Below are positions 1-10,097 of a stretch of 64,000 bases of DNA, in pieces (the first letter of the stretch is position 1; every line of letters begins with the position of its first letter). The stretch lies in contig JAUSIS010000004.1 of NCBI GenBank assembly GCA_030647355.1, forward strand, positions 68,066-132,065, given 5' to 3'. Source of the stretch: a bacterium (GTDB lineage Bacteria; Patescibacteriota; UBA1384; VFKW01). The position numbers and the translations under genes were made by a program. The notes under the pieces were generated by a model. The model did not search any database. It saw only the letters and a program-made list of their open reading frames with translations, and was not told where the DNA came from.

Positions 1-12
1 CTTCTAATATCC

Positions 13-606
13 TTGACGATCTTAGTCGGCCTTGGTAAGAAAAAACTTATCGCTATCTTTGGTCTCAGCTATCTTCTCACAATTTTTACGACCTACTTTT
101 TGATCGGATTGGGATTGCTTCGCGCCTTCCACATGTTCGGCATCCATGGCTTTTTTGGTTATGTGGGAGGTGTAATTCTTATCCTTGCTGGAATTGTACA
201 TTTATTCCCAATGGCCTTAAGAAGAATTCCAGTTGCCGGTTGGCTAAATCGTTGCCATATCCCAACAAATATTAACCAGCACCTAGATAAAGGCGTATTT
301 ATTGCCGGTATTATTCTCGGCTTCCTCATTGGTCTTTGCACGATTCCTTGCGCCGGCGGAATTTACATTGGAGCAATTGCCTTACTTGCCACAAAAGCGA
401 ATTATTTAAGAGGGGTGCTAGGTATCTTTATTTTTAACCTCGGTTTTATTCTTCCGCTTTCCATCGTTTTCTTTGTGTCAACCAGAGAAGGAGTACTGAA
501 AAAGATTAGACGGTTCAACGCCCGGGTTGTTTCTTACAGTACATACGCTATGTCGGCGATCATGATTATTATGGGAGTAATCTTAATTCTAATTGCCAAT
601 CGCTAA
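13..606 (+). CDS. CcdA/DsbD-type transmembrane thiol-disulfide protein (probably 5'-truncated by the window edge)
   Basis: Multi-TM hydrophobic ORF with a LCTIPCAGGIY motif typical of CcdA-like TM domains. Confidence 0.65.
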   Translation: MTILVGLGKKKLIAIFGLSYLLTIFTTYFLIGLGLLRAFHMFGIHGFFGYVGGVILILAGIVHLFPMALRRIPVAGWLNRCHIPTNINQHLDKGVFIAGIILGFLIGLCTIPCAGGIYIGAIALLATKANYLRGVLGIFIFNLGFILPLSIVFFVSTREGVLKKIRRFNARVVSYSTYAMSAIMIIMGVILILIANR

Positions 607-617
607 GCAGGAGGGAT

Positions 618-1618
618 ATGAGAAAGGTTCGTTTTTTGTCTACAATTTTAATGACGGTGTTAATTTCGACACAAATCGGTACAGCTCAAGCTACCACAAT
701 AAACGACCTGCAGGCTAAGAAAAATATTGCTGCCCAGAAAGCTAATGAATTAGAGATGCAAGCCCAAAAGAAAGCATCCCAAGCGGATAGCCTATCAACT
801 ATGGTTGCCAAAATAGCTGCGGATATTTCCACGTTGGAGGCGAAAATCAGGCAAAACCAATCCAGCTTATCAAATACTCGGAAAAACATTAACCAAACAG
901 AAAAATTGATTGAAGAAAAGCAAGTAAGTCTTGAGGAAAGTCCAAACAAGAGTTAGAGGATAAGAAATCCGGCCTAGAAAAATATTATAACGAATTAGCT
1001 AACCTTAAAAAAGAACTGGAAATTCAAAACACCGGGCTTCAAGAGCAAAAATCCGGTCAGCAAAGGCTCCTATCGGATGCCACTGCTGAGATGAAAAGAT
1101 TGCAGAATCAAGCTGCCGAACAAAGCCGTATTGAGGATCAAGTGGAAGCACAAATCAAAGCCGAATTTGCCAGATTGACTAGTGGCGGAAGTTCAGGCAA
1201 GGTAACTGGTACCAAAGTTCAGGAAGGCGACATTATCGGCTATGAGGGTAGTACGGGTAATTCCAGTGGTGCGCATGTTCATTTCAAAGTAAGAGACAAC
1301 GGAACGGCTAAAAATCCCCGTAATTACTCAAGTCTCCTGCGCTGGCCTCTGGATAAATTTACTATTACCCAAGAATTTGGCTTGACTGAATACGCAAAGC
1401 AAAAAAGCGGCAATAGTTGCACCTATGGCGGAACCTGGCCCAATAATTGCGCCATTCATACCGGCATAGATGTCGCCGACTTACTGGGCGCTCCGGTGCA
1501 TGCCGCCGACGATGGAGATATCATTCTTGATAAATACTATGGAGGTTACGGTAATGCAGTCATAATCGATCATGGCGGCAATATCTATAGTCTTTACGGG
1601 CACATGTTAGCTAAGTAA
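618..1618 (+). pseudogene. Signal peptide + coiled-coil + M23 peptidase (murein hydrolase), split by a frameshift at ~935-956
   Basis: ORF 618-956 (signal peptide, coiled coil). The second frame is open from 935 through 1618 with more coiled coil and the M23 motifs HVH and HTGID. RBS aggagg before 618. Confidence 0.7.
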
Positions 1619-1634
1619 AAAAGAAAGGAATAAT

Positions 1635-1850
1635 ATGAAAAAAAATTTAATCTATGTCACGGTAGCCGTTTGCGTGATAGTAGTCATTGTCCTATTCAAA
1701 GCTCAGCTAAAAAATAATTTAACCCTCCTGCTGTTACTAGCTTGTCCGCTTATGCATCTGGTAATGATGAAGGGGATGCACGGCGGCCATCGGACTGCTG
1801 AAAATAAAGATAGTAAAGAAGAGCAAAATAATACTAAATCCTGTCATTAA
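1635..1850 (+). CDS. DUF2933-like small membrane protein (copper-cluster associated)
   Basis: LLLLACPLMHLVMMKGMHGGH motif; RBS aaagga. Confidence 0.8.
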   Translation: MKKNLIYVTVAVCVIVVIVLFKAQLKNNLTLLLLLACPLMHLVMMKGMHGGHRTAENKDSKEEQNNTKSCH

Positions 1851-1870
1851 GAATTAAGAATATAGAACTA

Positions 1871-2512
1871 ATGAATATTGGCAATGATTCAGGTTATGGA
1901 TTATGGTGGCTAGCTGCAATTAATACAGCCATATTTATTATATTTGCTTTAAGTTTCACTCGCCCTAAAACAAAACACGAATGGCGTTCCTTTGGCACCT
2001 TTTCCGCTTTTATCGTAGCTCTATTTACTGAGATGTATGGCTTTCCTTTAACTATATATCTTCTCTCTGGATGGCTCATCAAGCGCTTTCCTCGACTCGA
2101 TCTCTATTCGCACAATAACGGTCACCTTTGGGAAACATTATTCGGCCTCAAAGGTGACCCCCATATGAATATCATTCATATTATAAGTATCCTAGTTATT
2201 GGCGGGGGATTCATGTTAATAATCAACTCGTGGCATGTGTTATACAGAGCTCAACGCGTTCACCAACTGGCCATTTCTGGACCTTACTCATATATCCGCC
2301 ATCCGCAATATCTTGGCTTTATCTTGATTATGCTGGGCTTCCTTCTACAATGGCCTACCTTACCCACTTTTATAATGTTCCCTATTCTTATCATTATTTA
2401 TACTCGTCTAGCCAAAAAGGAGGAGCAGGATTCGCTTCGTGAATTCGGCGATGAGTATCGAGATTATCTACGAAAGGTACCAGCCTTCTTACCTGATCGT
2501 AGCCACAGGTAG
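1871..2512 (+). CDS. Isoprenylcysteine carboxylmethyltransferase (ICMT/PEMT) family membrane protein
   Basis: GPYSYIRHPQYLG and EE...FGDEYRDY...VPAF motifs; follows DUF2933 as in known copper clusters. Confidence 0.85.
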   Translation: MNIGNDSGYGLWWLAAINTAIFIIFALSFTRPKTKHEWRSFGTFSAFIVALFTEMYGFPLTIYLLSGWLIKRFPRLDLYSHNNGHLWETLFGLKGDPHMNIIHIISILVIGGGFMLIINSWHVLYRAQRVHQLAISGPYSYIRHPQYLGFILIMLGFLLQWPTLPTFIMFPILIIIYTRLAKKEEQDSLREFGDEYRDYLRKVPAFLPDRSHR

Positions 2513-2607
2513 AGATATTTAACAAAAGGGATAAATTGCTATTAATGCAAGACATTATTCTTTACTTGTGTGCAAAGTTGGCAATGTTATAATGATTATG
2601 AGGTAAG

Positions 2608-3717
2608 ATGTTTTTTATTGCCATAAAAAATCTATTTCAAGAAAAAACTAAATTAGCCATCAGTGTTGGCGGCGTCGCTTTTGCAGTACTTTTAATTATT
2701 ATTATCAACGGTGTCTATCAGGGCTTCAATGAAAAAATGGGCGCCTACCCCAAAAGCATCCCGGCCGACCTTTGGGTAGAGCAAAAAGGTGTCGGAGATA
2801 TGTACCATACGCTCTCTTTTTTACCCGATAATTTAGAATGGCAGTTTCTTAATATCGATGGCGTGCAAAGCGCAGATAAATATCTCGGCAAACAAGTAAT
2901 GTTTGATTTAAAAGGCAAAGATCAAACTCTCTTTATCGTCGGCATAGATAATAGCGGTGCGACCAAGCCATATAAAATGGTGGAAGGCAGTTGGCAAAAC
3001 TTACAGAATGGTCAAATAATTATCGACAAAACGATGGCCAAAGAGGCAAAGCTGAACATTGGCGATACTTTCGATATGAACGGCCAGACTTTAGAAGTCA
3101 GAGGTATTGCAAGTGGCGGAAATGTCATCTCTTTCAAATACGCTTATGTGACTTATGACCAGGCAAAAAACATGTTTAACTTAGGCGACAAAGTAAACTT
3201 TTATCTTCTAAAATTAAAATCAGGGAGCGATGTTTCGCAAGTAAAATCCGACATCGAAAGTAACATTCCTGAAGTTAAAGTTTTGACAAAAGACCAATTC
3301 GTCGATACCTCCCGTAAGGTGGTTACGGAAAGCTTCCTGCCGATTATTGCCGTCTTGGTTGCAATCGGTCTTCTTGTTGGCACCGCCGTAATCGGGCTGA
3401 CGACTTACTCGGCAACGATAGAAAAATCTCGTGAGTATGGAGTCATGAAGGCAATCGGACTGTCCAATAGCCAATTATCAAAAACGGTGATTATCCAATC
3501 CCTTGTTTCCGGCATCATAGGATATATTGTGGGTGCCATTCTTGCCTATGTTATCGGTTTTCTGTCGGAAAGTATCGTTTCCTCCTTTGTGACACAAATC
3601 CGCCCGATTGATTTACTTTGGGTTTTTGGGGCAACTATATTGATGTCCTTAATCGGAGCTTATATACCGATGAAACGAATTTCTTCTATTGATCCGGCTG
3701 AAGTATTTAAAAGTTAG
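2608..3717 (+). CDS. ABC transporter permease, FtsX/MacB-like
   Basis: N-terminal TM, periplasmic domain, EKSREYGVMKAIG motif, 3 C-terminal TMs, ends IDPAEVFK. Confidence 0.85.
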   Translation: MFFIAIKNLFQEKTKLAISVGGVAFAVLLIIIINGVYQGFNEKMGAYPKSIPADLWVEQKGVGDMYHTLSFLPDNLEWQFLNIDGVQSADKYLGKQVMFDLKGKDQTLFIVGIDNSGATKPYKMVEGSWQNLQNGQIIIDKTMAKEAKLNIGDTFDMNGQTLEVRGIASGGNVISFKYAYVTYDQAKNMFNLGDKVNFYLLKLKSGSDVSQVKSDIESNIPEVKVLTKDQFVDTSRKVVTESFLPIIAVLVAIGLLVGTAVIGLTTYSATIEKSREYGVMKAIGLSNSQLSKTVIIQSLVSGIIGYIVGAILAYVIGFLSESIVSSFVTQIRPIDLLWVFGATILMSLIGAYIPMKRISSIDPAEVFKS

Positions 3718-3724
3718 AGGAACT

Positions 3725-4444
3725 ATGGCGATATTGGAGATAAAAAATTTAACCAAAACTTACGGCTCCGGTCATACTAAAGTTAAGGCCGTTGATAACG
3801 TGTCACTCGAAGTAAACGAAGGCGAGATTGTTTTAATTATGGGCCCGAGTGGTTCCGGCAAGACTACCCTCATCACTATGGCCGGCGCTCTGCTTAAACC
3901 AACCTCTGGCGATATATTTTTGAAAGGTCAGGATATCAGCAAGCTCTCGGAAAAACAATTGCCCAAGGTTCGTCTACAGGAGTTGGGTTTTGTTTTTCAA
4001 TCCTTTAACCTGCTTGCCTCTTTGACCGCACAGGAAAATGTAGCTATCCCGCTGATAGCGGCTGGCCATAAAAAGAGTAAAGCCTTATTAAAGGCCAAGG
4101 AAGCCTTAGAAAAATTGAGTTTGGGAGATCGTCTCAATAACCTGCCCCGGAACTTATCCGGTGGTGAAAAGCAAAGGGTGTCAGTTGCTCGTGCCTTGGT
4201 CAATGATCCCGGTATTATTCTAGCAGATGAACCAACGGCTAACCTCGATTCGAAGACCGGCCATGAAGTGATGGAATTGTTGTGTTCTGTTGGGTGCCAA
4301 GAGAAGAAAGCGGTCGTAATAGTCAGCCATGATGGACGCTTAAAAGATATCGCCAATCGAGTCATCTGGTTTGAAGACGGCAGAATAACGAAAATCGAAG
4401 ACGGAAAGCATAACCAGATGTGCAATCACATAGTACATGGATAA
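3725..4444 (+). CDS. ABC transporter ATP-binding protein (LolD/MacB-like)
   Basis: Walker A GPSGSGKT, LSGGEKQR signature, ILADEPT; ATG at 3725 after agagg. Confidence 0.92.
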   Translation: MAILEIKNLTKTYGSGHTKVKAVDNVSLEVNEGEIVLIMGPSGSGKTTLITMAGALLKPTSGDIFLKGQDISKLSEKQLPKVRLQELGFVFQSFNLLASLTAQENVAIPLIAAGHKKSKALLKAKEALEKLSLGDRLNNLPRNLSGGEKQRVSVARALVNDPGIILADEPTANLDSKTGHEVMELLCSVGCQEKKAVVIVSHDGRLKDIANRVIWFEDGRITKIEDGKHNQMCNHIVHG

Positions 4445-4476
4445 TTTTTTTATTATAATGATTTGAGGAGGTTTGT

Positions 4477-4617
4477 ATGATGGGTATGAATTCCAATATG
4501 ATGACGGGCGGTCTGGGAGGATCTATGATGTTTTTCGGGTGGATCCTCTATATTCTGGTTGTGGTGGTTCTCGCCTTAGGCGCCGCCGCCCTCTGGAAAT
4601 ATATCAATAAAAATTAG
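4477..4617 (+). CDS. 46-aa Met-rich single-TM protein (MMGMNSNMMTGGLGGSMMFFGWILYILVVVVLALGAAALWKYINKN), absent from the ORF track
   Basis: RBS gaggagg, ATG 4477, TAG 4615-4617; manual translation. Confidence 0.7.
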   Translation: MMGMNSNMMTGGLGGSMMFFGWILYILVVVVLALGAAALWKYINKN

Positions 4618-4697
4618 GAGTATAGCCACATGATTGCCACTAAGATTTTCGTTAAAATCCACAGGTCGATAGATAAAAGATAGTTGGGAGGAAATAA

Positions 4698-5027
4698 ATG
4701 AACAGCACAAAAGTTGTGATCATTGCTGTCGCAGCATTGATCATCGGTGGTCTAGCTGGATTTTACCTTACGGGAAACGCTGGGTTTTCTAAGGGATATA
4801 TGCAGCAAACCGGCTCCATGATGAAGGACAACGGATCCAAAATGATGGAGGGCGGTAAAATGATGATGCAAAACGGTAAAATGATGCAGGAAAAAGGGAC
4901 TGCAACTAACGATACCGAGATGATGCAAAACGGTAAAGAGATGGAAGAAGAAGGTCAGATGATGAATGATAAGGGCAGCGAGATGACGGGACGAGGCAGC
5001 GGTATGATGGATATGATGAATCAGTAG
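4698..5027 (+). CDS. Membrane-anchored Met-rich protein, putative Cu(I) binder
   Basis: N-terminal TM followed by repeated MMQNGK/MM motifs; RBS gggagg; next to copA. Confidence 0.7.
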   Translation: MNSTKVVIIAVAALIIGGLAGFYLTGNAGFSKGYMQQTGSMMKDNGSKMMEGGKMMMQNGKMMQEKGTATNDTEMMQNGKEMEEEGQMMNDKGSEMTGRGSGMMDMMNQ

Positions 5028-5081
5028 TGTAAACTTCCGTCTTTGGTATAGATATTAAATCCTTCTAGACATATAATATGT

Positions 5082-7481
5082 TTGGGAGGATTTTTAGTGA
5101 TATACAACAACAAACAAAGAAAACATTGTACCTGCGAAGAAAGTTGTCTTTGCTGCCAAGCGGAAGAACTAACAGTATCTAGCGGCAGTGACATAGAGGC
5201 GAAGCAATATGAGTATAATTTATCTCATAAACTAAAGCATGCAAGACATGACCATGAGGCAATGGCTATGGAAGGCCATGAGATGAAGCTCTACGAGTGT
5301 CCAGAATGCGGCTTGCAGTTTGAAGACGAGAAATGGGCAAAAAGGTGCGAGGAATGGTGTAAAAAACATCATAGCTGCAATCTAGAGATTACAAGCCACG
5401 CTGTAGATAAAAATAAAATAAATCAACCGAATCATCTTGAACATACCGGCCATGACATGTCCAAGATGAGCCACATGGACCATGAAGCGGCCATGATCAA
5501 TCCCATGATGGCCAAAGAAATGGAAGAGGATATGCGCCGCCGTTTTTGGATTGCTTTCATTCTGACTATCCCTATCTTCCTTCTGTCCCCTGTCGGCACA
5601 TTTTTACTAAAAATAAGTCTCCCAAACTCATTCCCAACCAATTGGATTCTTTTTATACTCTCAACCCCTGTGGTTTTCTGGTCGGGCTCTATCTTTATAA
5701 TAGGGACCTATTATTCTTTGAAAAACAAAAAACTTAACATGTCGGTGCTTATTGCCACCGGCGTTTTGACTTCTTATATATTCAGCGTCTATCTGACTAT
5801 AATCGGCAGCTCGGACGTTTTCTATGAAGCGGCAGCCATGCTGGTTACCTTTGTGCTCTTCGGCCACTGGATGGAAATGCGTTCCCGCCGTGGTACTTCA
5901 GATTCTTTGCGCGCCCTCTTTGATCTTGTTCCTCCCAAAGCCAATATTATCCGAGATGGCAAAGAAATTAGTATTCCGAGTGCCGAAATAATGGGAGGTA
6001 ATATTGTCATCCTTCGCCCAGGGGATAAAATACCTGTTGACGGTGATGTCACGGAAGGTGAAACTTCCATCGATGAATCGCTTGTCACCGGCGAATCTAT
6101 TCCTGTTACCAAAAAGATCGGAGATAAAGTAATCGGCGGATCGGTTAATCAAACCGGAAGCGTTCAGTATAGAGCAACTAAGGTCGGCTCGGATACTGTC
6201 CTTGCCCAAATTATTAAACTGGTCGAAACCGCCCAGAATTCCAAAGCGCCCGGTCAACGCATTGCCGATCGAGCTGCTGCCTGGTTGGTCATTCTAGCTA
6301 TAGGTGCCGGCATAGCTACATTTCTTGGTTGGTATGTTATTGCTGGAGTTACTCTACTTACCGCTTTAACCTTTGCCGTATCAGCTGTTGTGATCGCTTG
6401 TCCTGATGCCTTAGGATTAGCGACTCCCACTGCCGTAGCTGTTGGTACCGGTATTGGTGCCAAACATAATATCCTAATAAAAGACGCCGCCACACTGGAA
6501 AACACTTCTCGGTTACAAGTTATTGTACTGGACAAAACCGGCACCTTAACCCTCGGCAAACCGAAAGTTACCGATATTATTCCAGCTAAAGGTTCGACCA
6601 TCTACGAGATATTGAGTCTGACTGCATCAGGTGAAGCTAAGTCCGGCCATCCCTTAAGCCAAGCTGTAATAGAGGAAACCAAAAAGCGAAATATTTCCTA
6701 CGAGGAAAAAGTTGAAAAGTTTTCTTCTCTTGCCGGTTTAGGTATAGAAGCCGTAGTTGGAGGTAAACATATTTTAGTTGGGACAATTAGATTAATGAAT
6801 GAGCAGAAAATTGATATTCAACCGGTTGAGGCAGATATTGAGCGATTACTTAATGAAGGCAAGACTTTAATGATCCTTGCCATTGACGGAAAAGTAGCCG
6901 GCGTTGTTGCCGCCGCTGATGTCTTACGCCCCACCGCAAAAAGCGCAATTAGCAAGCTAAAGGAAATGGGACTCGAGACGGCCATGATTACAGGTGATAA
7001 CAGAAAAACTGCCGAAGCAATCGGTAAACAGCTTGGCATCGATCGTATATTTGCCGAAGTACTTCCTCGAGATAAGGCAGATTATGTTAAGAAATTACAA
7101 GGTGAGGGAAAATTTGTCGCTATGGTCGGAGATGGTATCAATGATGCTCCCGCACTAGCACAGGCCGATATCGGCATTGCTATTGGAGCCGGCACGGATG
7201 TAGCAATTGAAACCGGAAATATCGTACTTATGAAATCTGACCCTTATGATATTGTGAGGGCTATGCAGTTAAGCCGGGCAACTGTCGGTAAGATGAAGCA
7301 AAATCTCTTTTGGGCATCAATCTATAACATTCTTGCCATCCCTGTAGCTGCCGGCGTTTTTTATACTTCTCTCGGGATATCCTTAAGACCGGAAATCTCC
7401 GCTCTACTAATGTCAGCATCTTCGATTATAGTGGCCACCAACGCGGTGCTTCTAAAAAGAGTGGAACCCAAGCTCAAATGA
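5082..7481 (+). CDS. copA: Copper-translocating P1B-type ATPase
   Basis: TGES, CPD, DKTGT, GHP, GDGINDAP, YN and MSASS motifs; His/Met/Cys-rich N-terminus (exact start uncertain). Confidence 0.88.
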   Translation: MGGFLVIYNNKQRKHCTCEESCLCCQAEELTVSSGSDIEAKQYEYNLSHKLKHARHDHEAMAMEGHEMKLYECPECGLQFEDEKWAKRCEEWCKKHHSCNLEITSHAVDKNKINQPNHLEHTGHDMSKMSHMDHEAAMINPMMAKEMEEDMRRRFWIAFILTIPIFLLSPVGTFLLKISLPNSFPTNWILFILSTPVVFWSGSIFIIGTYYSLKNKKLNMSVLIATGVLTSYIFSVYLTIIGSSDVFYEAAAMLVTFVLFGHWMEMRSRRGTSDSLRALFDLVPPKANIIRDGKEISIPSAEIMGGNIVILRPGDKIPVDGDVTEGETSIDESLVTGESIPVTKKIGDKVIGGSVNQTGSVQYRATKVGSDTVLAQIIKLVETAQNSKAPGQRIADRAAAWLVILAIGAGIATFLGWYVIAGVTLLTALTFAVSAVVIACPDALGLATPTAVAVGTGIGAKHNILIKDAATLENTSRLQVIVLDKTGTLTLGKPKVTDIIPAKGSTIYEILSLTASGEAKSGHPLSQAVIEETKKRNISYEEKVEKFSSLAGLGIEAVVGGKHILVGTIRLMNEQKIDIQPVEADIERLLNEGKTLMILAIDGKVAGVVAAADVLRPTAKSAISKLKEMGLETAMITGDNRKTAEAIGKQLGIDRIFAEVLPRDKADYVKKLQGEGKFVAMVGDGINDAPALAQADIGIAIGAGTDVAIETGNIVLMKSDPYDIVRAMQLSRATVGKMKQNLFWASIYNILAIPVAAGVFYTSLGISLRPEISALLMSASSIIVATNAVLLKRVEPKLK

Positions 7482-7537
7482 TTGTGGAATAATTTAAGTA
7501 AGCCGCAACTTAGATCTTGGCTAAATACATCTCAAAT

Positions 7538-8551
7538 TTAATTGCCCTTATCGTCGAGGACTAGATTTGTGGGTTTTTGAGAAATGTAGGACTGGATATT
7601 TTCCAAGGTTGTCGAAAGAATGCGCATGAGCGCCTCCTGAGAGTTAAAAGCATTATGTGGGGTTACTATAACCTTGTCGTTTTTTATCAAGATGTTATTG
7701 GCGATATCAAGCAGGAGGCATTTTTTGGGAAATTGCTTGGAGAGGATTTGACGTTCTTCTTTGATATTACATTCCTCTTCCAGCACATCCAAACCAGCGC
7801 CGGCCAATTTTCCATCGTCCAAGGCATGAACAAGTGCTTCTGTGTCAATCAGGCCGCCACGGGAGGTATTGATCAAGTAAGCGCCTTTTTTCATAAGGTC
7901 GATTCTTTCTTTATTTATGAAATGATGAGTTTGTTGATTATCTGGCAGATGTAGTGAAATTATATCTGAGTTCTTTAGTAAATCCTCGATCGTTACGTAT
8001 TTTAGCCCGTAACGCTTAGTTAATTCTTCGTCTCGTTTGAGGTCGTAACCTAAAATATCCATTTCAAAACCATGGGCCATCCGTACAACATGCTTACCAA
8101 TATGACCTGTTCCAACTAGCCCCAGTGTTTTGCCTTTCAAGTCAAAGCCGCGCAAGTCATCCAAAGAAAAATCTCCCCGACGCACTTTCTCTACGGACGA
8201 GATGATCCGCCTTGAAAGTGTTAAAATCAAGGCAAAACAATGTTCGGCAACAGTGTTTTCGCCGTAGGTTGGCACATTAGAAACAATGATATTTTTTTCC
8301 TTGCAGAGATTAAGATCAATGTGATCAAAACCAGTTGAACGAGTAGCGATAAATTTCAGGTTCGGAATTTTAGCTAAAAGAGGTTCGTTGATTTTTGAAT
8401 AAATGAATGTTGAAAGGACTTCTACTTCTGACAAATTCTCATTAAAATCTACCGTCAAGGGAATGTCAAAGAAGCTAAGATCATGGCCAACGAGTTCTTT
8501 GCTGATAAAATCCTCTTCCCAATTCTCGAGCTCAAAAAAAGCAATTTTCAT
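7538..8551 (-). CDS. D-isomer specific 2-hydroxyacid dehydrogenase (D-lactate dehydrogenase-like)
   Basis: GTGHIG Rossmann motif, INTSRG, LDVLEEE, TPHNAF; likely ATG at 8551 after aggagg. Confidence 0.88.
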   Translation of the reverse strand: MKIAFFELENWEEDFISKELVGHDLSFFDIPLTVDFNENLSEVEVLSTFIYSKINEPLLAKIPNLKFIATRSTGFDHIDLNLCKEKNIIVSNVPTYGENTVAEHCFALILTLSRRIISSVEKVRRGDFSLDDLRGFDLKGKTLGLVGTGHIGKHVVRMAHGFEMDILGYDLKRDEELTKRYGLKYVTIEDLLKNSDIISLHLPDNQQTHHFINKERIDLMKKGAYLINTSRGGLIDTEALVHALDDGKLAGAGLDVLEEECNIKEERQILSKQFPKKCLLLDIANNILIKNDKVIVTPHNAFNSQEALMRILSTTLENIQSYISQKPTNLVLDDKGN

Positions 8552-8612
8552 GACCCTCCTATTATTTAGATTAATTATACCATAGTCGAATTTGAGCAAG
8601 CCGTACACAAAC

Positions 8613-8650
8613 TGACTCCCAGTTGGTTTAGTACTTAGATAAGGTTAAAT
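8613..8650 (-). repeat. att-like scar A (minus strand TTTAACCTTATCTAAGTACTAAACCAACTGGGAGTCA)
   Basis: Degenerate copy of the element at 10136-10176; ends in a tRNA-Asn-like GGAG(T)CA. Confidence 0.5.
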
Positions 8651-8856
8651 GGCATATTCCGCTTCTGGGACAAAATGCGACGAACCAAGCGGGAGTTGGA
8701 ATTGACTTTTATCCTAAGATGTGATAAAGTATATAAACGCGTGTCAAATTGTTCTATGGATTTCCAAGTAATTAATTTTATTTTGATGTTCTGTACAGCA
8801 ATGCATCCGTTAAATAAAATTAATTATTCTGTGCTTCGAGCACAAGGAAAGACAAT

Positions 8857-10086
8857 ATGTATAATAATGTAATGCCGAGACCCCACAGGGGGCTAAGAAA
8901 CCGTGGGAAAACTTCTTCTCTAAGCAGCTCTCCCTTTTATTCTTCAAACGCAAATCGGGGAAGAAATAACTCAAGGCGACAAAGCGGTGAGAAAATTGAT
9001 ATCTCGAGATTTATTCAAAAAGCCTCGGATCAAACCAATGCAGTCGCAGAAGAAATCGTAAATTCTTTTGCTGATTTTGGATTTGTTTCGGAACTGGAGA
9101 GAAATTTAAAGGTTAAAAATTATTCTATTCCAACTCCAATCCAAGACCAATCAATCAATCATATTTTGGAAGGGCGGGATATAATCGCCTTAGCCAATAC
9201 CGGCACCGGTAAAACCGGCGCATTCTTACTGCCGATGATAAACAAAGCTTTCAAAGACAATGACCAAAAGGTTTTAATTATCACACCTACACGAGAATTA
9301 GCTTTGCAGATTGCAGATGAATTTCATTGCTTCTCATTTGGGATGAGGATTTTTTCCGCCTTATGCATCGGTGGTACACCGATCGGTAAGCAAATAGCAA
9401 ATTTGAGACGAAATCCGCAATTTGTAATCGGAACACCCGGAAGGTTGCAAGATTTACATAAAAGAAACTTAATTAATTACAATCAATTTCAAAATATCGT
9501 GCTGGATGAAGTAGATCGCATGTTAGATATGGGTTTTATCAGCGAAATTAGAGATATTTTGAGCCAATTTCCTAAAGTTCGACAATCGTTGTTTTTCTCA
9601 GCGACTATGCCCCCAAAAATTAGAGCTCTTGCTGAAGAATTTTTGCAATATCCCATCACGGTTTCCATCAATGCCGGGAAAACAGCCCAAAATGTTGAGC
9701 AGGATATTATAAGAGTGGGTGAGGGTGAAAAATTTGACAAGCTCCAAAATATATTGTCCCAGCCGGATTTCCAAAAAGTGCTCATCTTCAGCGAAACCAA
9801 GCACGGCGTGGAAAAATTGAAAACAAATCTGGTAAATAGCGGTTTCAGCGCTGAATCTATCCATGGTGATAAGCGCCAAGGACAAAGACAGCGCGCCTTA
9901 AATCAGTTCAAAAACAATGAAGTTACTATCCTTGTAGCAACGGACGTTGCGGCTCGCGGACTTGATATTAAAGATATTTCTCACGTAATCAATTACACAA
10001 TTCCCGAGACTTATGACGATTATATACACAGAATTGGAAGAACCGGCCGCGCTAACAAAACTGGCATAGCTCTGACCTTTGTCTAA
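8857..10086 (+). CDS. DEAD-box RNA helicase
   Basis: Q motif PTPIQ, NTGTGKT, PTRELA, DEVD, SAT, HRIGRTGR. Confidence 0.93.
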   Translation: MYNNVMPRPHRGLRNRGKTSSLSSSPFYSSNANRGRNNSRRQSGEKIDISRFIQKASDQTNAVAEEIVNSFADFGFVSELERNLKVKNYSIPTPIQDQSINHILEGRDIIALANTGTGKTGAFLLPMINKAFKDNDQKVLIITPTRELALQIADEFHCFSFGMRIFSALCIGGTPIGKQIANLRRNPQFVIGTPGRLQDLHKRNLINYNQFQNIVLDEVDRMLDMGFISEIRDILSQFPKVRQSLFFSATMPPKIRALAEEFLQYPITVSINAGKTAQNVEQDIIRVGEGEKFDKLQNILSQPDFQKVLIFSETKHGVEKLKTNLVNSGFSAESIHGDKRQGQRQRALNQFKNNEVTILVATDVAARGLDIKDISHVINYTIPETYDDYIHRIGRTGRANKTGIALTFV

Positions 10087-10097
10087 TTCTCTCGCCA

